From Octopus bimaculoides (Eukaryota), in contig NC_068993.1 of assembly GCF_001194135.2 (NCBI RefSeq), forward strand, positions 16,806,541 through 16,854,256: DNA of 47,716 bases, in the 5' to 3' direction. Positions within the stretch are counted from its first letter, which is position 1. Every line of letters begins with the position of its first letter. This document shows, in pieces, positions 12,656 to 24,330 of the stretch. The position numbers and the translations under genes are program-made. The notes below the pieces were generated by a model. The model saw only the letters and a list, made by a program, of their open reading frames with translations, had not been told where the DNA came from and did not search any database.

Positions 12656-13473
12656 ATGTATTTGTTTATTTTGGGAGCTTGTATTTGTCAGTTAATTTAT
12701 TAGCTGAGGAGGATTGTTGAAAAGTATTACAGAAGGGGAAAAATTCACACAATAGATATTACAGATGAATGGAGTAAAGAAATTGGGGTTGTTTGCCTAT
12801 TATTTATATTATTTATATTTATGACCCCAAAATAACAACACTGCGTCTGTCAGTATATTTATGTATGTGAATAAGTGAGTATGAATGAGTGTAAATTTTG
12901 TGTGTTGCTTTGATATTTGTATGGATGTTGTATTAAAAAGCCCCCTCTACTCTACTCCCAGTCATGTTTAATAGAATGGTAGTCATGTGTTAAGAGATAT
13001 AGTAAAAAAAAATATTAGATGTTCATATATAGCATGGTGCAGGCATGGCTGCATGGTTAAGAAATTTGCTTTCCAGTCATGTGGTTCAAGGTTCAATTCA
13101 ATCTGGTTGCTTAACAGCTTGAGCAAATGTCTTATTGGATTATTACGGTTTGTGAAATATTTGTTAAAAATGTATGCAGAAGCCCCCCACCCTCTCTCTC
13201 TCTCTCACACACACACACGCACACACAGGGTAAGTAATGATGCATGTTTGCCATTCCTGCCACTATGGGGGTTGAATTAATGATAATCCTAGCAAGGAAC
13301 CACTTAAACCATCTTGGGGGATTCTGACACTTATCAAGGAGCTTCTGCCATGAGTCTCTCTCTAGATCAGAGGAGAAGTAGCAAGGCCAGTATGTCTGAG
13401 AGAGAGAAAGGGAGAGAGACAACCAGGTGTAGAGGTTAACAAGAGAGTCAGAAGTGCGTGACTCAAGATTTAA

Positions 13474-13693
13474 CCCTTTAGCGTCCAGATTTCTTTGTCA
13501 AATCTCATACTTATTTATTTGCATTGTTTTGAACTAATCATGCACTATCTCATAACTTGAAGATTTCAATGATGTGATTGTTTATTTTTAGAATGACATT
13601 GTAGGGTAGGTGTAAGAAGCCAGAGCTTGATGGTCTGAATATAAAACAGGTAGAATATTTGGGCTAGATATAGCTAGATTAAACGCTAATGAG
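13474..13693. mobile_element. piggyBac-like MITE (TTAA flanks), family G
   Basis: ttaa|cccttt-agc...gctaatgag|ttaa; homologous to 33441-33660. Confidence 0.8.
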
Positions 13694-13913
13694 TTAATTC
13701 TCCTGCCACTACCACCTCTCCATTTATAGATTTGATGGACGTCTCTCGACTCTTTATCGAGCTCATCCACCCTTGTGGACTTCTGTTGTGTTTTTTTTTT
13801 TGTTCTCTCAAGATGTCTATCCATTGTCTACAAACCATATTAAGACCCTTGAGTGGTGTTACCAGTTTAGTCACCAATTGCCCAAACACGAAACAAGTAA
13901 TAATGGTTTACAC

Positions 13914-14656
13914 CAGTGGTTCTCAACCACTTTCTGTCTGTGAACCCCTTCGATTCCTATACTACTCTTGTAGATCCCTTTCATTCCTATTTCACTCTTG
14001 TGGACTTCCATAGCCATTTGATGTTTAAAAAATCCTCTGATATTTTTACAGTGAAACATTATTAGCAACTACGCTCTACAGGGTGGTTGGTCGTTAGGAA
14101 GGGCATCCAGCTGTAAAGACTCTGTCAAAACAGACACAGAAGTCTGGTGCAGTCTTCTGCTTGGCAAGCTCCTGTCAAACCATCCAACTCATGCCATCAT
14201 GGAATGCAGATATTAACCCATTACCTACCAGTGATCTCATATGAGATCACTTAAAACTTACAAATTTCGTAATTAACTGTCAATATTTACACATATCTAA
14301 CCTTTTTGCTATATCTACTAGGTATATTTCTCTGATATTCAAATGAGGTTTGCTAATTTTTCACCCAATATCTCGCTTATTGTATTTAAAATGTTCTTTT
14401 GAAATGTTATTTTGATCATTCCAGCGTGTTTCTAAGGCTGTTTTATGCTAGAAATCAAAGTTTCATAAAAAAATTCCAGTTAATAGAATTATGGGAGGTA
14501 ATGGGTTAAGTGATGATGATGATGATGATGCATAAAAAAATTGTTAAAATATTTTGTATATTGTGGAAGTATAACCAATTTATTGCACATAGATTTTAAC
14601 AACAGAATCTTATATGAACCCCTAAGGGCTATGTGGACCCCAGTTAAGAACCAATG
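13914..14656. mobile_element. hAT-like MITE (family F) carrying nested insertions
   Basis: TIRs cagtggttctcaacc and gttaagaaccaatg, with 8-bp TSD gtttacac / gtttacgc. Homologous in reverse to 24953-25230 once about 14070-14530 is removed. Confidence 0.85.
14217..14505. mobile_element. piggyBac-like MITE nested in a family C tail
   Basis: TTAA (14213-14216), cccattacct...aggtaatggg, TTAA (14506-14509). Perfect 22-bp palindrome agtgatctcatatgagatcact at 14230-14251. Confidence 0.85.
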
Positions 14657-14969
14657 GTTTACGCGATTACCATTAGTAGATGATTTTTTTTTAATGTGGC
14701 CTGACACTAGAAGTGTGTTTGTATGTTTATGTATGTGTTTATGTTTGCTGATGTAAAATGGTTGCATCAAGTAATGTTGCTTTATGTGGAAACTGCAACT
14801 TAACAGTTTAACAAATAGGAATTGATAAAATGAGAAGACCAAAAGAAGCAGTTCAATGATCGAAAACAGTAAAAGATCCATAAATATGTGTGTGTGTTGC
14901 TGCTGCAAGGGGCAAGTGTGTTTATACTAAACTTCATTATGGATAAAATAAGCTACATTCAATAATTTT

Positions 14970-15301
14970 TGCATTCAACCATTTTTGGTCAGTGGACTCT
15001 TTTGATTACTATTTTATTCTGGTAGACCCTCCCCCCCATAGCCATTAGATGTAGAAACTGTTTTCAAAATTCCTAATTTGTTTTCCACACATTAGCTTGT
15101 GTTGGTTGAACTAAGTAAAATGTCAGAGAAAGAAACCTAGCTGTTTCTTACTATACATACCAATACATACATCTAAAGCAAAATATTTTCAGGGGCCCTT
15201 AAAATACTATTATGGATCCCCAATTTACTATTTTGTTACATGGACCCAAAAATCTTATATCAACCCTCAGTGACCATATGGACCCTGGCTGAGAACCACT
15301 G
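14970..15301. mobile_element. hAT-like MITE, variant of family F
   Basis: Right end gctgagaaccactg; left end decayed (tcaaccattttt...). Shares ttttgattactattttattctggt...catagccatt with family F but has a different interior. Confidence 0.6.
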
Positions 15302-16353
15302 GGCTAAGCAAACAAGAGAGCTTTTAATGTGTTTCTTGACCTGCTAGAAATAACAGCAAAATTTCTCTTAAATCACAATAAGTGCATTAATTCTTTCATT
15401 ACCATATTTGTAACAGATAGCTTGTCTAAGTGTTTCAAATCATTTTCAAAAGAACCAAGAGTAGTTTAGTAAAAGACCTATAATGTTATTTATATATTAG
15501 TACATTGCACAGCCATGATCTCTTTTTTTTATCAGCTTTCTCTTGATTAGTTATGCAATTAATCACATCATGGAGGAGTTATTGTAGTTATTAAAAAAAA
15601 ACATGAGAACTGTTACATTTGCTTTTATTTCTTAAGAGGACTATCTATTATGAAATTATGAAAGGTCAAAACATTTTGTTGTACTTCTATAACTTATTAG
15701 CAACCAGATCACAGAAGAACTACAAATTTTTTCTTGACACCTCATAGTTAGCTTTTCCCAAAATATGGATAAATATAACAGATCTTGGGGTGTTCTTAAA
15801 TGACAAAAATGATTCTTCTATGATAGAATTGTTACAGTTTCAACACATGAACTCAAATCATGTCACTTGCCAAACACTAAAATATAATTAGAAGAAATAT
15901 TGGAGTTGCCAAGAACTCATTTGGCAGCTCTAAAATTCTTTAAATAAGATTTCAATGCAGAATTTTATTTAGATACGAACCCTTCAAAATGCATGGTCTT
16001 GTGTGTGTGTGTGTGTGGTATTAAAAGGGTTGGAATGACACAGATAATGTTGTCATGGATGTACATTGAGCAGAGAAATAAGATATGATTGTCACGGCTG
16101 GAATGTCTTTCATCATAAGTTTACTCAGCTATGACTGACTCAAGACTGATCAGTAAGATATTGCACAAGGAGAAAGGATATGATCAAAATTCCTCGCAGA
16201 ATTTAGTTCCAGCCATTTACATTCTGAGTTCAAATGCCATCTACTCTGTTTTTTTAAATTTAAGTTTAATGGAACAAAGACCAGTCATATTCTGCACTTC
16301 AATTAATTATTCTCTTCTTCTGTGAGAGAATAATTAATATTACCAAGGTATTA

Positions 16354-16561
16354 AAGCAGTGAGCTGGCAAAATCGTTAGCATGCCAGGCAAAATGCTTAG
16401 CTTCGTTTTGTCTGTGTTTACGTTCTGAGTTTAAATTCTGCCAAAGACAACCTTTCATTATTTCAGGGTCAATAAAATAAGTCCCAGTTGACGACTGGCG
16501 TTGATGTAATCAACTTTGTTCCTCCCCTAAAATTGCTGGTATTGTGCCAAAATTTGAAACA
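16354..16561 (+). mobile_element. SINE family B, full length
   Basis: gcagtgagctggcaaaatcgttagc...gttctgagtttaaattc...ggtcaataaaataagtcccag...tgtgccaaaatttgaaac. The central block resembles the Nin/Deu SINE domain. Confidence 0.8.
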
Positions 16562-16579
16562 AATATCATCAAGGTTATA

Positions 16580-16980
16580 GGCGCAGGAGTGGCTGTGTGG
16601 TAAGTAGCTTGCTTACCAACCATATGGTTCCGGGTTCATTCCCACTGCGTGGCACCTTGGGCAAGTGTCTTCTACTATAGCCTTGGGCCAACCAAAGCCT
16701 TGTGAGTGGATTTGGTAGACAGAAACTGAAAGAAGCCCGTCATATATATATGTATGTATATATATATGTTTGTGTGTCTGTGTTTGTCTCCCCAACATCG
16801 CTTGACAACCGATGGTGATGTGTTCACATCCCTGTAACTTAGCAGTTCGGCAAAAGAGACCAATAGAATAAGTACTAGGCTTCCAAACAATAAGTCCTGG
16901 GGTCGATTTGCTCGACTAAAGGCAGTGCTCCAGCATGGTCGCAGTCAAATGACTGATACAAGTAAAAGAGTAAAAGAGTA
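16580..16980 (+). mobile_element. tRNA-derived SINE family A, full-length young copy
   Basis: A-box-like gtggctgtgtgg, B-box-like ggttcattccc, body ggcaccttgggcaagtgtcttctactatagcc, internal (TA)/(TG) tract and tail aagtaaaagagtaaaagag. Confidence 0.9.
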
Positions 16981-18529
16981 AGGCTTAGAATAATGTGTGT
17001 ATATGGGAGGGTGTATGTGAGTGGATAGAGAGGGGGAGGGAGAAAGAGAGAGAGAGAGCTGCCTTCTTTTCCAGCATACATGAAGTTTTCAGCCCAAAGT
17101 TTACAGCCAAAAACGGTAGGTTGACTTATACACAAGATGAATTTTGGAGGACCAAAAACTCCAAATGAAATGCAGCAGGATTTGGAGATCTAGTAATGAC
17201 ATTTGAATGTCTGCACTGCATGCTACATTGACTTGTATGCTCAAAAATATGGTATCAACTTTCTAGGTGCAATCCCATAGTCAGTCATGACCGAAGGAGG
17301 TCTCAGAATTATTGTTACCTCAGCTATACAAACCCATGCCAGCATGGAAAATGGATGATAAACGATGACAGTGATGATGATCATGGTGGCATACTGTTCT
17401 GTGTATGACTGTGTGTGAGAGTGGCAGAGGGAGAGAGAGAGAGATATGTAAAAGGATGATTGGAATTATACTATTTTATTTGCAAGTTCTTCATGCTTAC
17501 AGAAGATTTCTTTCTTTCTGCTTGGTAACCAGTGTTAGTTTGTTTATATTCTGTAACTCAGTGGTTTGGCAAAATATACCAAAAGAATATGTGCTGAGCT
17601 TAAAAAAGCAGGTACTGAGGTCAATTTGTTTGAATAAACCCTTCAAGGCAGTGCCCCAGCATGACCACAGTCCAGTGAGTGAAACAAGTATCAGATAAAA
17701 AATAAAGATAAATCCAAAGTATTGAATTGGTAGGATTACTAGAATATTTGGTGTGATACTTTGTGGTATCTCTACCAACTCTTTGTATTCTGACAGTCCA
17801 CAGTCACCAAAAGTCTGCTGTACTCAGCTGACCAGTAAGCAGCAGCTAAAACACCACCACAATTAACAACCTCCCATACAGTATCAGTGTTTAATGGCGT
17901 GGATGCTTGTATTAAGTATAAATGTATAAATATATTCATACACGCATGTATGTTTTTTTTTTATATGTCACATCAAACTAATCAGTGATTTTCTGTGATG
18001 CTGTTCACCTAGCGTGAGTAATTATTACTCTGTTCTTAGACATTTAAAGTACAAATCACCAAGTGGAGATTAAGAAAAAAAAATTATCAAGACATCGAGC
18101 TTTAGAGAAGTCTTAAAAATAAATTACCTGCACTTCATATATCATGTTGCACATTTTAAATCAAATAATATATTCTTCAAAGCAACAAATTGGCAGACTC
18201 GTTAAAATATTGGTTAAAATGTATCAAAGAATAGGTTCCAGCTCTCTGCACTCATCTTTGTCATCATCATTTACTGTCCATCTTCCATGCTGGCATGGGT
18301 TGAACTATAAGTTCAAATTCTGTCGAGGTCAACTTTGCCTTTTGTCCTTTTAGGATTGATAAAAAAAATACACCAAGTCATGGCTGTGTGGTTAAGAAGC
18401 TCACTTAGCAGCCACATGGTCTCAGCTTCAGTTTAACTGTGCAGCACCTTGGACAAGTATTTTCTACTGTAGTTCTAGGCTAACCAATGCTTAGTGAGTG
18501 CATTTGGTTGACAGAAACTGTGTGGAAGC

Positions 18530-18582
<53 letters not shown>

Positions 18583-18949
18583 ATAATGGCTGGTCTTACC
18601 AGTTGGTTTTGCACTAGGGGTCCAATGGAGTGTTAGATAACAGCCTGATTATGTATCCCTGTGCTCTTCAGAGATGGCATTTATGGAATGAAATGTCACA
18701 ACTCTGCATCTTGTGCTTTATAGCTGCTATCCTTAGCAGTGTGCTCTACTCAGTCATAAAAGAAGAGTCACCATATTTCATTCAATAACTGCCATTTCTG
18801 AAGAGCACAGGATTGAACCCTTAGTGCAAAACCAATTGGTAAGATCAGCTGTAATGGATATATAGTACTGTACACTTCAATTAATATATATATATAAGTT
18901 CAAAAAAGGAAAACAGACAAAAAAACAACAACGTGAGGACGTGATACAG

Positions 18950-19024
<75 letters not shown>

Positions 19025-19639
19025 AGTGAAAGAGAGAGAGAGAGAGATGTTTAATAATGATGATGATATATGTGCCTGTCCACTGCTTGATAACCAGTGT
19101 TTGTTTATATTCTGTAACTCAATGGTTTGGCAAAATAGACCAATAGAATATGTGTCGAGCTTAAAAAAGTAGATACTGGGGTTAATTTGTTTGAGGCAGT
19201 ACCCCAGCATGACCACAGTCCAGTGAGTGAAACAAGTATCAGATAAGAAATAAAGATAAATCCAAGGCATTGAATTGGCAGGACTGCTAGAATATTTGAT
19301 GTGATGCCTTGTGGTATCTCTACTAACTCTTTGTATTCTGACAGTAACACCTGTGATTCTACTGGTGCCAAGCTGGTTGGCCATTAGCAAAAGCCTTTAG
19401 GCTATTATTAATGGCCTAATAAACCATTAACTCAAATTACACACATTAACACAGATAATAGGTGCAAGTGTAGTTGTGTGGTTGAGAAGCTTGCTTCTTA
19501 TGTGGCCTCGGGTTCAGTCCCACTGTTTGGCACTTTGATACAGTTTCTTCTGTTATGGCCCCTGGCTAACCAAAGCCTTGTCAGTATGTTTGGTAAGTGG
19601 AAATATAAAAAAAGGCCATCAAATATATAAACTTAGATA

Positions 19640-20215
19640 TGTTTCGACCAAAGATTGGTCCAGGCCATATCTAACTTAATAGCACCACCTGATAGGATTG
19701 TCTAAATACTTTTTACAGTCAAGTTTTGTCTGTGGTCCATTCAAGTAGTAAGTTCTTATTGAGTGAGTTGTATCCAGGTATGGGTGGCTTGTCTGGTACT
19801 TTTTGAAGAAAGCTGTCTAGACTCTGTTTAAAGCTGATAGGATCTGTTTCCTCTTTTATTTGTTTCAGTACAATGTTAAACAGGGCAGGGCCTGTTGAGG
19901 AAAAGAAATTATGCCGCAGTGTACCTATACGTTGTGATTCTGAATTGGGCAGGGGACATATGGCTCATGGTCCCAGCCTTGGATGAACCTTGAAACTAAT
20001 GTTCAGGTCGTTTGGGCAATGCTGGCGGTATATTTTCCACATCGTACAAATGATGTACCGCTCACGGCGGCGCTGGAGAGAATAGAGCTTCAAGGCTTTA
20101 AGGTGGTCCCAGTAATCAAGATCAGTCATGCCTTCAATTTGTTTGGTGACTGCCCTCTGGGGTGATTCAATCTTTGAGATGTTTTGTTGTACCCTTGTCT
20201 AGACATCAGGTGATG
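19640..20215 (-). mobile_element. CR1/L2-group LINE 3' end (RT C-terminus plus short UTR)
   Basis: The minus strand reads PQRAVTKQIEGMTDLDYWDHLKALKLYSLQRRRERYIICTMWKI...RLGP...TLRHNFFSSTGPALFN...FKQSLDSFLQKVPDKPPIPGY. Confidence 0.85.
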
Positions 20216-21644
20216 GCTATAAATGAACAGCAGTATCATAGAAGTGAAATTATTTGTTTCTGGTCTTCTGAGAAAGGAATGTCAAGCTATGGCTAAAATA
20301 TCGTGCTTGTAAACAAGTGAGAGTTGGCAATAGGAAGAGCTGAAAATTTGCCTTAACAAGCATGGGAAAGCAGACTTTAAATGATGATGATGACGATGTT
20401 GGTGGCAGCAGCACTTGTTGTTTTTATCCTTGGACCACACTGATGGCTTGGAGAAAGGAGATGTGCAGGGAGGAACAACTGCTAGTCTTCCACAAAATAA
20501 ACATTGCCCAGCCTGCACATATAGCTGTAGATGCATGGTCAGTCCAGAACAAAAGGAACTCTTTAACAATGAATGAGGAAGTGTCTACAACAGCTGCTTA
20601 ATCTGCTGGAAATAGCTGAGAAATCTCTGTCAAGTCACACACCAATGTTTAAAAAAGGAAAAGTCACATTGAATTGTTGTGATCCTAAATGAGAAAGCAT
20701 AGTCATGGCTGAATTGCTTTTGATCATAGATTTGCTTAACCATGGCTGACCTGGGGCTAAACAACTTCAACAACAACACTACTTTTCATAATATACAAAT
20801 GATGATGTTGCTGAGTATAAGGTTAGCCTTCCCTGAACAGAACTATGATGGAAAGCATTCCAGCAAGGCCAACTTTCACTGAGACAGCCTGTATCTACGA
20901 CCTCATCATATAATGTGTCTATCCCTTTCCATGATAGTTGTTGTAATTTGAGGAAGATTTGGTTGCTATTTTTAATAGCTTGAATGATCACATAGAAGCC
21001 TAATAGATGGCTCCTGAAAGAAGATATTTATCTTGAAGTTTTTTTTTTTTTTTAATCTAGATATTTAAAGCTAAATTTTGTCAGTCAAACCAAATGAAGT
21101 TTTATGATAGATAACTCACCAATAAAAAAAACCCCTGATAGATCCAAGTTCTCTGGAGTACATATAAGTTAAGTTCATTCTCTTGTTATTATCTACCCTT
21201 TAGCAGAGTCCATTCTGCTGCGTTCCCCTGGTCTGAAGCTAATTCAGTATCTTGATACACTGCTTGTTCTAGCAACATAACTGTTTGATAGAGAATAGAG
21301 ATAAATGTAGTGTTCCGACAGATCCCTCCAGTTAGACATGACAAAAAGCTGGTCGTGGTCAGTAACTCTTCAAAAGACTGTTTGGTTTGTTGGAATGCCC
21401 AGCTGTAGCCACTCACTGCCAACCAGGGCACTTACTGGAAATACATGGTGGTTCTGTAGCAACCTATGAATTGTAGTTTCTCCAATGAGTTTTGGATGCT
21501 TTGAAAAGGTCCTGGATGCTGTCCCTTCAGAACTTATCTGTCAAGCAAAACTTAATTCACATGTAGCCTTCATGTCAATTATATCCACTCCATGTAGTCA
21601 TTCAAACATCTAGAAATAGCAGTCAAATTACCTCAGATTGCAGT

Positions 21645-22076
21645 CTTTCTTTTATTTGTGTCAGTCATCAGACTACATTTCTTCTAGAGCACCACTTTGA
21701 AGGGTTTAAGACAAACAGATTGATCCCAGTACTTATTCTTTGTAAGCCTAGTACTTATTTTTTCGGTCTCTTTTTTTGCCAAACCACTAAGTTACGGGAC
21801 GTAAACACACCAGCATCGGTTGTCAAGCAATGTTGGGGGGGGGGGGACAAACACAGACACACAAATACACATACATACATACAAATATATATATATATAT
21901 ATATACATATATACGACAGGCTTCTTTCAGTTTCTGTCTACCAAATCCACTCACAAGGCTTTGGTCGGCCCGAGGCTATAGTAGAAGACACTTGCCCAAG
22001 GTGCCACATAGTGGGCCTGAACCCGGAACCATGTGGTTAGTAAGCAAGCTACTTACCACACAGCCATTCCTACGCC
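21645..22076 (-). mobile_element. SINE family A, full length
   Basis: Reverse complement of 16580-16980 along its length. Confidence 0.9.
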
Positions 22077-22853
22077 TATATATATATATTTTTTTTTTTC
22101 TAAGTACACATTGGATAATGTAGTCCTAGATATTTTGTGTCTTAATAAAAGACAGGAAGGTTGAAACTGGAACGCTTTTGACTACAGGCCTGCTTAATCA
22201 GAGACCAAACAACAATGTCAACAGACTAACAAGGGAGCTTCCAGGTTGTCATGTGACTGAACAGCAGCCAGATTCCTTCAAAACATGTTCTACTGTCTTC
22301 AAAAAGCATGACACATTGAACAATGAAGACTAAAGCATACAAAGGAAGAGACAAAACACTGCTGGATCATCTTTCATCAATCAGTACTGACCTGCAGTTG
22401 AACAATAACAATAACAACAAGCTGAACAACAATAACAACAACTACAAATGAGCATTAAGGGGGGGGGAAGACGTAGGTCTGTGACACTTCTGTACAGTTG
22501 ATGTATTCTTAGTAAAATAATAATGGTGGTGGTGGTGGTGGTGGTGGTGGTGGCAGCGGCGGCGATGAAGATAACATTTTTATTCATACTTGTATGTAAT
22601 GAATGCTTTGCATCTGATTATTAACTGGGACTGATATTGATTTCTCAGTTCAATAGATTGAGTTAAAATGTAGTGTTTGTCTTCAAAATTTCATAGAAAC
22701 TTCACCATATTTGTTGAAGTTATCTGATCAGGACATGATAATAGCCAACAGCCATTTATTTATTATTGAATTTTATTGAACTAACAAATATGATATAAAC
22801 TGACAAAAACATCTGTACTTGCTGTTTTCTTTGTTGTTGTGGTTGTTGTTGTT

Positions 22854-22918
22854 TTATATTGTATCGATTTGCTTGAGAAACGGTCGGCATTGCTCACTGG
22901 CAATGTGTTCTTCAAATT
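22854..22918 (-). other. Candidate terminal coding exon (EFEEHIASEQCRPFLKQIDTI*)
   Basis: Minus-strand acceptor tttttttctccctttttcttcttctttcag, open frame to a TAA, downstream AATAAA motifs at 22755-22777, and retained CpGs. No protein family recognised. Confidence 0.25.
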
Positions 22919-23384
22919 CTGAAAGAAGAAGAAAAAGGGAGAAAAAAAAGATACTTTTAACCCTATGGGACCTGTTTATAATTAGGGTGGCTTCGAAGAG
23001 ATCAGGATGAAAAAATTTCATTTGGTAATAATACAGAACAGATGGATCCAAACATCCAGTTTGTAGCAATGAGACAATGTGTGTGTGTGTGTGTGTGTGT
23101 TTAGAGTGAGAAAAGCTTTTCTTTCTAACATATATTAAAGATATGACTATGTTTATGTTTGACCTTGAGTATTAAGGATGTTTTTCTTTTTTATATATTT
23201 CATTATTAGATCTTTATGTTAGTTTGGAACATTATCTTTTCTAAATCAATTAGTCCATTTATGTTGTGTGTGTATATATTCTGTATTCGTTTCTTTTTGC
23301 ATCTGTTATTCATTATTGATCTTCTATAAAAATGATGTTGTATCCTTTAATTTGATGCTTTTCTATACACAAACTGGGAAGATA

Positions 23385-23717
23385 TCTTGCGGAACAGTTG
23401 TTATTTTAATGAGATACATCTTGTAATCGCCTGAAGAGACACATCTACACTGACAGATACTCCTAAACCAGTTGCTAAATATCCCACCCATGAGGGATCA
23501 ATGCTAGATAGTTTGAAACAATTGTGGTGGTTAATAAACATTCTTGTATCTTCCATCCTTTGACAAAAGAAAGGGCACTCAGCACATTGGGAGTTACATG
23601 CATTTATATTATATATACATGTATCTATAGTGTATATAAATACCATCAGGCTGGTCAGAATTCTGACCGGCCTGAAGAGAGGATCCACTAGGGGCTTCAA
23701 AACTTGAAGTAGCATGG
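23385..23717 (+). mobile_element. Penelope-like element 3' remnant (GIY-YIG C-terminal relic plus hammerhead-like motif)
   Basis: Relics RLKRHI, TDTPKPVAKY.TH and KGTQHIG resemble the R..EH / PVA.HF..H / LGT..P.G.N pattern of Penelope GIY-YIG domains. A hammerhead-like motif follows on the same strand. Confidence 0.5.
23665..23717 (+). ncRNA. Degenerate minimal type I hammerhead ribozyme
   Basis: ccggc-CTGAAGA(23672-23678)-GAGGATCC/ACTA/GGGGCTTC (stem II)-aAAA-CT/TGA/AG (stem III)-TA-gcatgg. The G of GAAA is replaced by A. Confidence 0.5.
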
Positions 23718-23921
23718 AATCCAAATCACTGTTTTGAACAATATATATATATATATATATAGTGAAAAGTTTTGTTTGCAAGATTTTTTCCCCCCACATG
23801 GTGAGTTGTAGTAAAAAATATAAGGAGGAAAATGCACAGAATGTATATATTCTTTAATACAATAGAATATTTATGTAGTCAGCTGATTTCATTTTTACTA
23901 ATCATGATTAAGAAATTAGTG

Positions 23922-23958
<37 letters not shown>

Positions 23959-23961
<3 letters not shown>

Positions 23962-24330
23962 TGGCTGTGTGGTAAGAAGCTTGCTTCCCAACAACATGGT
24001 TCTGGGTTCAGTCCCACTGTGTGGCACCTTGGGTGAGTGTTTTCTACTATAGCTTCGGGTCAACCAAAGCCTTGAGAGTGGATTTGGTAGATAGAAACTG
24101 AAAGAAACCCGTCGTATATATAATGTGTTGCCTGAATTGGTGTACAATGTGCCAAATATTTGATAAAAAAAGATGCATGATCTCCCTCCCCACAGTCTGC
24201 ATCATATGTGTATATATGTATGTGTGTGTTTGTTATTTGTGTCTGTGTTTGTCTCCCTGATGTTGGTGTGTTTACATCCCTGTCATTTAGCAGTTCAGCA
24301 AAAGAGACTAATAGAATAAGTACTAGACTG
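23959..24330 (+). mobile_element. SINE family A, 3'-truncated
   Basis: Collinear with 16586-16890. Confidence 0.85.

Noticed and set aside
15903-15930. Hairpin gagttgccaa-gaactcat-ttggcagctc
   Set aside because: A single 10-bp stem with no supporting context is compatible with chance.
16580-16660. tRNA gene
   Set aside because: A/B-box-like motifs are present, but there is no complete cloverleaf and the sequence continues into a SINE body repeated many times. The same holds for other SINE heads.
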